From Luteolibacter sp. (lineage in GTDB: Bacteria > Verrucomicrobiota > Verrucomicrobiia > Verrucomicrobiales > Akkermansiaceae), in the NCBI GenBank assembly GCA_049430545.1, contig JBMTCD010000001.1, positions 1-56,968 on the forward strand: a DNA stretch of 56,968 nucleotides, in the 5' to 3' direction. Each line of letters starts with the position of its first letter. Position 1 is the stretch's first letter. Shown here one piece after another: positions 18,150 through 26,603 of the stretch. A program made the translations under genes and the position numbers. The notes beneath the pieces were generated by a model. The model searched no databases. It worked only from the letters and a program-made list of their open reading frames with translations, and had not been told where the DNA came from.

Positions 18150-21100
18150 TCAGGAAAGCATCTCCGCGATGCGCTTTTCCGACACCTTCGCGACACTCGG
18201 CACGTCCGGCGCGAACAGCGAAACGCGCAGTTCCTCCAGCGCCCAGCCGGCCGGCCACAGCGAGGGATCGTCCGGCGTTTCCGTCCATTTGCGGAACCAT
18301 GGCAGCCATAGCCGGCGAAGACGCTCCATCTTCTCCAGATCCTTCACGATGGGCAGTGAGGAAATCCGGCCGAGCCGCGAGCGGATCGCCCGCAAGCGCC
18401 GCGGGTAATCGCAAAGGCCGGCGAAGCCCGTGTGCCATGCGAAGCGCGGACGGAACAGCCACGCGAGCTGCTCGTCGAGGTCCTCGGCGATCTCGCCCAG
18501 GTTGCGGTCGCCGCGGTGGCGGGCGAGCCAATCGTGGATGCCGGGCAGGATTTCCAGTATCTCGTCGAGGCTCGCGCCGATTTCGCGCGCGGCGTCATGC
18601 CAGCGGCCGCGCGCCTTGTTTGTTAGATCGGCGAAGGCCTGCGGCGATTTGGGAAACGTGCCGCCGGCCGCACCTTCCGCGGCGAGCAGTATCAAGTCGT
18701 CGAGCGAGGTGCCGCCCGCGCCGAGTCGAGGCAGTTCGATCTTCGCCATGATGCCGAGGGGAAACTTTTTCCGCAGGTGGTCCACCGGCCCCGGATGGGC
18801 GAGCCACAGCAGCCGCGCGCCGCCGGCACGGTGTGCTTCCGCGGCTTTTGCGGCGCTGGTGAAGGCGCGCACGCCGACGCTTCCACCCTCGTCCACCAGT
18901 GCGGGAAACGCCGGGCCACCGGGAGTTTCCACGCAATCCGGCAGGGCCTCGCCGTCCCAGCTGCTGATGCCGCTGCGCTCGATTTCCGCATTCGCGGCGG
19001 CCTCGAAGCGGGATTTCATGCGGTCGGCGAGCTGGAGTTTCAACACCGCCACGTCATCGCCCATCGCAAGTTCTTGGCCATCGTCATCGCAGATCCAGAT
19101 ATGGGTGATCAGATGCGGTGGCAGTCGCGAGATATCATATGCATCCTGCGGGATCACCGCGCCGTTGTGTTCCTTCACGTGGGTGGAAAGCGCGTGCAGG
19201 ATCGGCCGGTCCTTCGGCGCGCGGCACCACAGTTCCGCGAAGCTGCCGGCCATTTGCGCGATCGGCTGGCAGGCGCGGCGGTAGTCCTTGGGGAGCGAGC
19301 GCAGCAGCAGTTCCGCGCGTTCGCGCAGATTGCCGTCCACGCCCCAGCCGGGCAGCCATGGCGGCAGTTTCGGGAGCTGGTCCACATGCACGCCGAGCGT
19401 CACGCCGTCGTCGCGCTCGCCGGGCGCGGCATGATAATAGACGGTGTATTCCCCGCCGTCGTGCGCGAGCGTGTCGGGGAACAGATCGAGATCGAGCGAT
19501 GCCAGCTCTTCGTCGAGCACGTCGCCAAGCGAAATCGCGAGCGCGCCGTCGTGTTTCGCCAGCCACTTGTGGAAGGCCGCGGCGGTGTGGATGTCTTGCG
19601 GCACGCGTTCCTCGCAGAAACGCAGCACCGCCTCCTCGCTCCACAAGCCGCCGGGGCGGCGCAGCTTTTGCTCGACCTCGTCGATCTGCGCGCGCATCGC
19701 GTCGAGGTCATCGAGAAAGCGGCAGCGTTTTCGCAAGCCGCCGCCCAACAGCCCCTCGCGCAGGAAAACGGAGTGCGCGGCCGTCGCATCCACCCGCCCG
19801 TAATGCACGCGGCGCCCGGCCACCACCGGCAGGCCGCCGCAGATCACGGTTTCCTTGCCATAGACCGCGCCCTGTTTTTCATCCCAATGCGCCTCGCCAT
19901 AGCGGCTGCGGCAGAGGTGCGGTGCGACCTGCTCGACCCATTCCGGATCGATGCGCGCCACGCGCCGTGCCCACAGGCGGGTGGTTTCCACCAGCTCCAT
20001 GGCCAGCACCCACTCGTGGCGTTTCGGGATGCCGAACAGCCCGGAACCGGGAAACACCGCGAAAAAGCCGCCGCCCGCGCTGCGATAGGCCTTGTTCTCG
20101 CGATCCCACAAGCCGAACTGCCGCGGCGCGCCCGCCAGCAGACTGCGGTGGATCGCGGTGTAGGGCGGCTCGTTTTTGGAAATTCCGCCGACCTTTGCCT
20201 TCCACTCGCGCTCCAACAATTCCTCCAATTCATCCGCGACGTTGCTCCACTCTATCACGCGCCGCATGTTGAGGAAGGCCCCGGCGCAGAATTTCCGCAG
20301 CGCATTGCGTTTCCAGCGGCCGTTCTTCTCGCGGAACTCCGCCACGTCCCGCCACATCCGCAGGATGGCGGTGAAGTCGCTCTCGCCATCCTTCCAGCGC
20401 GCGTGCGCCGCGTCCGCCTCGCGTGTCTTCTCCGCCGGCCGCTCGCGCGGGTCGTTGCTTTCCAGCGCCGCCACGATCGGGATCATTTCCGCCAGGCAAT
20501 GTTCCTCGCGCGCCTCGATGAGCATCCGCCCGAGCCGCGGGTCCACCGGCAGCCGCGACATACGACGTCCATAGTCGGTGAGCCGCTTGTCGCGGTCCAG
20601 CGCTCCGACCTCGCGCAGCGTGCGGTAGCCCTCGGACACCGCCTTCGGCGCGGGCGGATCGAGGAACGGGAACTCGTCGATTTCCGGCAAACCGAGCGCC
20701 TTCATGCGCAAAATGACCCCGGCCAGCGACGAGCGGCGGATTTCCGGATCGGTGAACTCCGGGCGTTCCGTCAGATCGGCTTCCTCGTAGAGCCGCAGGC
20801 AGACGCCGTCGCGCACGCGGCCGCAGCGGCCCTTGCGCTGGCGCGCGCTGGCCTGGCTGACCGGCTCGATCTGCAGGCGCTGCACGCCGCGCCCCGGGCT
20901 CCAGCGGCTGACGCGGGCCACGCCGCTGTCGATCACGCAGGCGATGCGCGGGATGGTGAGCGAGGTTTCGGCCACGTTGGTGGCGAGAATGAGCCGGCGC
21001 TTGTTTCCCGGGTGGAACACGCGTTGCTGGTCGCCGAGCCCGAGTCGCGCGAACAAGGGCAGCACTTCCGTCTCGCGGTGACGGCGGCCTTCCAGCACCT

Positions 21101-21833
21101 CGGCGCACTCGCGGATCTCGCGCTCGCCGGGCAGGAACACCAGCACGTCGCCGCGCGGATCGATCCCGGTGAGCGTCTCGACCGCGCGCGCGACGTGCTG
21201 CGGCAGTTCCTCGTCATCGGCCGGCGGCAGGAAGAATTCCGCCACCGGAAACATCCGCCCCGGCGCCTCGATCACCGGCGCGGGCTGGCCGTCCATCGCG
21301 AAAAACGAGGCGAACGATCCCGTATCGAGCGTGGCCGAGGAAATCACCACCTTGAGGTCGCGGCGTTTCTCCAGCAAACGTTTCAGCCAGCCTAACAGAA
21401 AGTCGATGTTCAACGACCGCTCGTGCGCCTCGTCGATGATGATCGCGGCGTATTGCCGCAACATCGGATCGCCCTGCGTTTCGGCGAGCAGGATGCCGTC
21501 GGTCATGAACTTGATGCGCGTTTCCGGCGTCAGTTTCTCCTCGAAGCGCACTTGGTATCCGACAAACGAGCCGAGCGGGACAGCCAGTTCCTCGGCCACG
21601 CGCCCGGCCACGCTGGCCGCCGCGATGCGCCGCGGCTGGGTGCAGCCGATGCGACCGCCGTCCGGCCCGAGCGCCTCCGCCACCATCTTGGGCAGCTGGG
21701 TGGTTTTGCCCGAGCCGGTGTCGCTCACCACCACGATCACCTGGTGCCTGCGCAAAGCGGCCACGATTTCCTCCCGGTGCTCCACCACCGGCAGCTCCGC
21801 GGGATAGTTCCAGTTTCCCGAAAATCCCGTCAT
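18150..21833 (-). CDS. hrpA: ATP-dependent RNA helicase HrpA
   Basis: TGSGKTTQLPK, TQPRRIAA, DEAH, SAT, ATNVAETSLT, QRKGRCGR, C-terminal LEELRVSLFA. Confidence 0.95.
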   Translation of the reverse strand: MTGFSGNWNYPAELPVVEHREEIVAALRRHQVIVVVSDTGSGKTTQLPKMVAEALGPDGGRIGCTQPRRIAAASVAGRVAEELAVPLGSFVGYQVRFEEKLTPETRIKFMTDGILLAETQGDPMLRQYAAIIIDEAHERSLNIDFLLGWLKRLLEKRRDLKVVISSATLDTGSFASFFAMDGQPAPVIEAPGRMFPVAEFFLPPADDEELPQHVARAVETLTGIDPRGDVLVFLPGEREIRECAEVLEGRRHRETEVLPLFARLGLGDQQRVFHPGNKRRLILATNVAETSLTIPRIACVIDSGVARVSRWSPGRGVQRLQIEPVSQASARQRKGRCGRVRDGVCLRLYEEADLTERPEFTDPEIRRSSLAGVILRMKALGLPEIDEFPFLDPPAPKAVSEGYRTLREVGALDRDKRLTDYGRRMSRLPVDPRLGRMLIEAREEHCLAEMIPIVAALESNDPRERPAEKTREADAAHARWKDGESDFTAILRMWRDVAEFREKNGRWKRNALRKFCAGAFLNMRRVIEWSNVADELEELLEREWKAKVGGISKNEPPYTAIHRSLLAGAPRQFGLWDRENKAYRSAGGGFFAVFPGSGLFGIPKRHEWVLAMELVETTRLWARRVARIDPEWVEQVAPHLCRSRYGEAHWDEKQGAVYGKETVICGGLPVVAGRRVHYGRVDATAAHSVFLREGLLGGGLRKRCRFLDDLDAMRAQIDEVEQKLRRPGGLWSEEAVLRFCEERVPQDIHTAAAFHKWLAKHDGALAISLGDVLDEELASLDLDLFPDTLAHDGGEYTVYYHAAPGERDDGVTLGVHVDQLPKLPPWLPGWGVDGNLRERAELLLRSLPKDYRRACQPIAQMAGSFAELWCRAPKDRPILHALSTHVKEHNGAVIPQDAYDISRLPPHLITHIWICDDDGQELAMGDDVAVLKLQLADRMKSRFEAAANAEIERSGISSWDGEALPDCVETPGGPAFPALVDEGGSVGVRAFTSAAKAAEAHRAGGARLLWLAHPGPVDHLRKKFPLGIMAKIELPRLGAGGTSLDDLILLAAEGAAGGTFPKSPQAFADLTNKARGRWHDAAREIGASLDEILEILPGIHDWLARHRGDRNLGEIAEDLDEQLAWLFRPRFAWHTGFAGLCDYPRRLRAIRSRLGRISSLPIVKDLEKMERLRRLWLPWFRKWTETPDDPSLWPAGWALEELRVSLFAPDVPSVAKVSEKRIAEMLS

Positions 21834-22055
21834 GCCTTGCCGTTGCCGCGTTTCACGCGCCGAACTTCCGTCCCGGAGCCGTGGCTGGCAACCCGCATTT
21901 CATTTGCCGCGAATGCCGGCCGCCGGGGCCCTGCGGACCGGTATCGGCTCTCCGGCAGCGGCCGATGGAGCGCGTTCGCCGGACTTGGCGGAACATACGG
22001 CATGCTGTGTGGCGCATTTGAAAAGAACGGTGCTCGAGGACGGTATTCGCGGGAC

Positions 22056-23753
22056 ATGACGATTCCCGGATTGGCAATGATTGTCACCATCACGATCCCG
22101 ATGGCCCTCGCCACCCCATGGCTCGGTGCCCGGCCAGCCCTCAACCCCAACATCGTCCTCATCCTGTCCGATGACATGGGTTACTCGGACATCGGTTGCT
22201 ACGGCGGTGAAATCGAAACGCCGAATCTGGACCGGCTTGCGGCCAACGGCCTGCGCTACACACGGTTTTACAACACCGGACGCTGCTGCCCGACCCGTGC
22301 CTCCCTGCTGACCGGCCTCTACGCCCACCAGGCGGGCATCGGCGAGATGACAAGTGATGGCGGCCAGCGTGGCTACCGCGGTGACCTCTCACGCAACGCG
22401 GTGACCATCGCCGAGGCGCTCAAGCCCGCGGGCTACCGGAATTACATGGCGGGCAAGTGGCACGTGACCGCACAGCTCAAGCCGGATGGCGACAAGAAGA
22501 ACTGGCCGCTGCAGCGCGGATTCGACCGCTTCTACGGCACCATCATCGGCGCTGGCAGTTTCTTCGACCCTTGGACCCTCACTCGCGACAACCAGGCGAT
22601 CACTCCCGACAACGACGGGGAATACGAGCCGGAGCAATACTACTATACCGACGCCATCAGCGACCATGCATCGCGTTATGTCCGCGAGCACGCGGCGAAC
22701 CATGCGGAACAGCCTTTCTTCATGTATGTCTCCTACACCGCCGCCCACTGGCCGATGCATGCCCTCGAACGGGACATCGCCAAATACAAGGGCCGTTACG
22801 ATTCCGGATACGAGGCGATCCGCGAGGCGCGCTTCAGGAGAATGAAGGAGCTCGGCGTCATCGGGAATTGGCAACCGAGCCCGGCAGCCGCACGGTGGAA
22901 CGCGGTGGATGCCTCCACCCGCGGCTGGGAGCTGCGCTGCATGGAAGTCTATGCGGCGATGGTCGATTCGATGGACCAGGGGATCGGACGGATTGTCGAT
23001 GCCCTCAAGGCCACCGGCCAGTTCGAGAACACGCTGATTTTCTATCTGCAGGACAACGGCGGCTGTGCCGAGGCCTATGGACGCGCCGCTCCCAAGCGCC
23101 CGCTGCCCCAGGACATCGTCCCGATGGGCAAAGATGAGTTGCAGACCAGAATGATCCCGGACCGAACCCGGGATGGCCGTCCGGTGCGCTCAGGCCCCGG
23201 GGCAATGCCCGGTCCGGCGGACACCTACATCGCCTATGGCCGCAACTGGGCCAATGTTTCCAACACCCCGTTCCGTGAATACAAGAGCAGCAACCACGAG
23301 GGCGGGATCGCCACACCGCTGATCGCCCACTGGCCCGAGGGGATTGCGGCCCGCAACCAATTGCGCCACGAGCCGGGACACCTGATCGACATCATGGCCA
23401 CCTGCGTTGAGCTTTCCGGCGCGGAGTATCCCGCGCGCTTCGCCGGTCAGAAAATCCTGCCGATGGAGGGACGCAGCCTTGCGGGCGGCTTCACCGCCGA
23501 CCGCAGAGATGAACGCACCTTGCTTTTCGAACACTACGGCAGTGCCGCGATCCTGAAAGGACCGTGGAAGCTGGTGCGCGCCGGGGAAACACGGCCTTGG
23601 GAACTCTACGCGATCGAGGAGGATCGAACCGAACTCAGTGATCTCAGCGAAAAACATCCGGCAAAAGTTCGCGAACTGGCCGAATTGTGGCAGAAGGAAG
23701 CCGTGCGGACCTGCATTTATCCCAAGCCCGAGCGGAAAAAGAAGGAACGCTGA
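22056..23753 (+). CDS. arylsulfatase (formylglycine-dependent, S1 family), exported
   Basis: PNIVLILSDDMG, CCPTRASLLTG, GKWH, DNGG, HEGGI; start approximate. Confidence 0.92.
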   Translation: MTIPGLAMIVTITIPMALATPWLGARPALNPNIVLILSDDMGYSDIGCYGGEIETPNLDRLAANGLRYTRFYNTGRCCPTRASLLTGLYAHQAGIGEMTSDGGQRGYRGDLSRNAVTIAEALKPAGYRNYMAGKWHVTAQLKPDGDKKNWPLQRGFDRFYGTIIGAGSFFDPWTLTRDNQAITPDNDGEYEPEQYYYTDAISDHASRYVREHAANHAEQPFFMYVSYTAAHWPMHALERDIAKYKGRYDSGYEAIREARFRRMKELGVIGNWQPSPAAARWNAVDASTRGWELRCMEVYAAMVDSMDQGIGRIVDALKATGQFENTLIFYLQDNGGCAEAYGRAAPKRPLPQDIVPMGKDELQTRMIPDRTRDGRPVRSGPGAMPGPADTYIAYGRNWANVSNTPFREYKSSNHEGGIATPLIAHWPEGIAARNQLRHEPGHLIDIMATCVELSGAEYPARFAGQKILPMEGRSLAGGFTADRRDERTLLFEHYGSAAILKGPWKLVRAGETRPWELYAIEEDRTELSDLSEKHPAKVRELAELWQKEAVRTCIYPKPERKKKER

Positions 23754-23811
23754 GATCGCAAACACCCGCCATCCCGTGATAACCGGGGCGGAGACAGGGC
23801 GTAAAATGCGG

Positions 23812-25383
23812 ATGCACCACACCAAGAGTCTGGGAATGGCGCTCCTCACGGGAGCGATGGTTGTCACCGCGACTGCGGTCGAATTGCCGACAATGTTCAG
23901 CAACCACGGGGTTTTCCAACGCGGCGAAGCCGTCCCGGTCTGGGGATGGGGTGACGCGGGGGAGACCGTGACCGTGGAATTCGGCGGACAGAAGACCGCC
24001 ACCCAAGTTGGCAACGACGGGTCCTGGCGTGTGGAACTCAAGGCGATGGAAGCCAATGCGGCCGGCCGGCCGATGAAGGTGACCGGCTCATCCAGCGGCA
24101 CGGTGGAAGTGAACGATATTCTCGTCGGCGAGGTCTGGATGGCATCCGGCCAGTCGAACATGCAATGGACGCTTTCCCAAACGGAGCGCGCCAAGGAGGA
24201 CATTCCCGCGGCGAACCACCCGGGACTGCGGATGTTTTTGACGCAGCAAACGACGGCTGTCGAACCGCAGCGCAAGGTGCCCGGGTCGTGGCTGGAAACC
24301 ACCCCTGCGAATGCGGCCCGGTTTTCCGCCGTGGGTTATTATTACGGACTCAAGCTGCACAAGGAAGTCGGAGTCCCGGTGGGTATCATTTGCACCGCAT
24401 GGGGCGGCAAGCCATCCGAGGCCTTCACCAGCCGCGAGGGTTTGATGACCGAGCCGGAGGGCAAGGAGCTCGTCGATCAACTCGACGCCGCGATGAGCGG
24501 ATACGACGAGGCGAAGGTCATGGCCGACCATGAGAATGCGCTCGCCGTTTGGAAGCAGAAGACGGAGGAAATCAACGAGGTGAATCAGACGGCGGAAAAG
24601 AAGCAGCCGCTGCCACGCCGGCCGCAAAAGCCATCCGCTCCGGCACTGGATTCGAACAAACCCATGGCGATCTACAACGGCATGATCCACCCATGGGTCG
24701 GCTATGCGCTCAAAGGCGCGATCTGGTATCAGGGTGAGTCCAACGCCAGCCGGGCCAAGCAGTATGAAACGATTTTCCCGCAGTTGATCCTCGACTGGCG
24801 CAGGCTCTGGAAAAAGGAAATGCCATTCTATTTCGTGCAACTCGCCAATTTCAAGAAACCCAGCACCGAGCCCGGCGTGCCGGACGAGTGGGCGGAATTG
24901 CAGAACGCCCAGCTCCTCACCCTTTCGCTGCCGAAGACCGGCATGGCGGTGATCAATGACATCGGCATGGCCAACGATATCCACCCGTCCAACAAGCTTG
25001 ATGTCGGCGAGCGCCTCGCCCGCTGGGCGCTGGCCAAGGACTATGGCAGGGAAGGAATCGTGATTTCCGGCCCGCTCTACAAGGGCTCGAAAATCGAGGG
25101 CAACACGATCCGCATCGAGTTCGACCACGCCAAGGGCCTGAAGAGCCGCGACGGCGGTCCGCTCAAACGCTTCGAGATCGCCGGCAACGACCGGATGTGG
25201 CGCTGGGCCGACGCGGCCATCGACGGCGAATCGGTGGTGGTCTCCAGCAAGGAGGTGACGAATCCGGTGGCGGTCCGCTACGCCTGGGCCTCGAATCCCG
25301 AGGGCGCCAACCTGGTGAACGGCGAAGGCTTGCCCGCCTCGTTGTTCCGCACCGACGACTGGAAGCTCAAGACCGAGCGCTGA
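23812..25383 (+). CDS. sialate O-acetylesterase (SGNH) family protein, exported
   Basis: signal peptide, GEVWMASGQSNM, WYQGESN, DIHP, VRYAW; start 23806 or 23812. Confidence 0.9.
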   Translation: MHHTKSLGMALLTGAMVVTATAVELPTMFSNHGVFQRGEAVPVWGWGDAGETVTVEFGGQKTATQVGNDGSWRVELKAMEANAAGRPMKVTGSSSGTVEVNDILVGEVWMASGQSNMQWTLSQTERAKEDIPAANHPGLRMFLTQQTTAVEPQRKVPGSWLETTPANAARFSAVGYYYGLKLHKEVGVPVGIICTAWGGKPSEAFTSREGLMTEPEGKELVDQLDAAMSGYDEAKVMADHENALAVWKQKTEEINEVNQTAEKKQPLPRRPQKPSAPALDSNKPMAIYNGMIHPWVGYALKGAIWYQGESNASRAKQYETIFPQLILDWRRLWKKEMPFYFVQLANFKKPSTEPGVPDEWAELQNAQLLTLSLPKTGMAVINDIGMANDIHPSNKLDVGERLARWALAKDYGREGIVISGPLYKGSKIEGNTIRIEFDHAKGLKSRDGGPLKRFEIAGNDRMWRWADAAIDGESVVVSSKEVTNPVAVRYAWASNPEGANLVNGEGLPASLFRTDDWKLKTER

Positions 25384-25396
25384 ATACACATTGAAA

Positions 25397-25426
25397 GCGA
25401 GCCGTCCTCAATGGCGGACGGCTCGC
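25397..25426. terminator. 11-bp stem hairpin after the esterase gene
   Basis: GCGAGCCGTCC-N8-GGACGGCTCGC; no good U-tract on the + strand. Confidence 0.35.
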
Positions 25427-25510
25427 AGCACAGGCGGGTGGTTTTCCCGCAAGCCAGGCCCGCCCGTTTTCCGGGTTGAATGATCTGCCACGCCGTGGAG
25501 ACTCCGCACC

Positions 25511-25843
25511 ATGGATTACCTGATGCTCAAAACGCTGCACGTCGCCGGCGTGATCGGATTGTTCACCTCGCTCGGCGCCACCCTGTTGGCAGGCAGCGGC
25601 AAAAAATCGGCCTCCATCCTGCATGGAGTCTCGCTGCTGCTGATCCTGCTGGTGGGTTTCGCGATGTTGAAGAAGCCGCCGATGGGCCAATCGTGGTGGA
25701 TGATCAAGACCGGCCTGTGGCTGTTCCTCGGGCTGGCCCCGGTGCTGGCCAAGCGCAAGGTGCTGCCTGCCTGGCTGGTGCTGGCGCTCTCGCTCGCCGC
25801 AGCCATCGCCGCAGCATGGCTGGGACTGCGCAAGCCGTTCTAA
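25511..25843 (+). CDS. small multi-pass membrane protein (SirB2-like)
   Basis: MDYLMLKTLH, four hydrophobic segments, C-terminal KPF. Confidence 0.7.
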   Translation: MDYLMLKTLHVAGVIGLFTSLGATLLAGSGKKSASILHGVSLLLILLVGFAMLKKPPMGQSWWMIKTGLWLFLGLAPVLAKRKVLPAWLVLALSLAAAIAAAWLGLRKPF

Positions 25844-25856
25844 CAGACAGCGCGCC

Positions 25857-26321
25857 TCACCGCATCACATGGTCGAGCAACAGCGACTGGAACGCACAGT
25901 AAAACCGCGAGCGCACGAAGGCGCCGCGGACAGCCGGCTCCAGATCGGCGGGCGACAGCCCATCGGCGGATTCGAAATGATGGATGCCGTGCAATGCCAG
26001 CCTCGCCTGATTGAGCGCGCTGTACCAATGCCATGCGTTCTCCGGCGTGATCCAGAGGTGGCCGTCACCGGCTTCCTCCGCAGCGCGGATCGCCCCGGCC
26101 ACATGCGCCAGGTCGGCTTCGAAGCCTTCTTGAAGCTCGGGCTCGACGATATCCCGCCAGTCGGCGGAAAGCTCCTCGTCGGTGATCAGCGCGCCGAGGC
26201 GGCTCGATAGCCTTTCATCGCCGCACACCGCATCGCGGGTGATGCCCCGCAGCACGAACCAGTCGCCCGCGTCCTCGACATCGACGCGCAGTCCTCCTTC
26301 GAGCGTGGGCGTGATTTTCAT
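25857..26321 (-). CDS. DUF2017 family protein
   Basis: WYSALNQARLAL; coupled to clpS. Confidence 0.7.
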   Translation of the reverse strand: MKITPTLEGGLRVDVEDAGDWFVLRGITRDAVCGDERLSSRLGALITDEELSADWRDIVEPELQEGFEADLAHVAGAIRAAEEAGDGHLWITPENAWHWYSALNQARLALHGIHHFESADGLSPADLEPAVRGAFVRSRFYCAFQSLLLDHVMR

Positions 26322-26599
26322 ATATCCTTTTCCAGCGTGGCCTTGAGCTGGTGGGCGTGAAGCTGCTGGACATGCAATTCCGCCCGCTCGCGCTGGCCGC
26401 TCCATACCACCGAACGCCCCTGCTCGTGCACCTCGCGCATCAGCGTGTGGGCCTTTTTCTCGTCGTAGCCGAAGATCTTCATGAACACCCGGGTGACGTA
26501 GCCCATCAGGTTCACCGGATCGTCATGGACAATCACTTTCCACGGCAGGTCCAGCGACGCCTTGTCGCGCGTGACGGTGAGCGTGTCGGAATCGGTCAT
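26318..26599 (-). CDS. clpS: ATP-dependent Clp protease adaptor ClpS
   Basis: WKVIVHDDPVNLMGYV, LMREVHEQGRSVV. Confidence 0.9.
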   Translation of the reverse strand: MTDSDTLTVTRDKASLDLPWKVIVHDDPVNLMGYVTRVFMKIFGYDEKKAHTLMREVHEQGRSVVWSGQRERAELHVQQLHAHQLKATLEKDI

Positions 26600-26603
26600 G
26601 GTT

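Noticed and set aside
18777-21395. Long antisense ORFs (for example 872 aa opposite hrpA, 573 aa opposite argS, 592 aa opposite ABC-F)
   Set aside because: Shadow ORFs expected from high-GC codon bias; no recognisable motifs.
21423-22055. N-terminal extensions in the ORF track (sulfatase 776 aa, argS 676 aa, cassette C 543 aa, Fur 276 aa)
   Set aside because: They overlap neighbouring genes; real starts placed at the first family-like residues.
23781-23805. ECF-type promoter AAC-N16-CGTAAA before the esterase
   Set aside because: Motif too short to support without TSS data.
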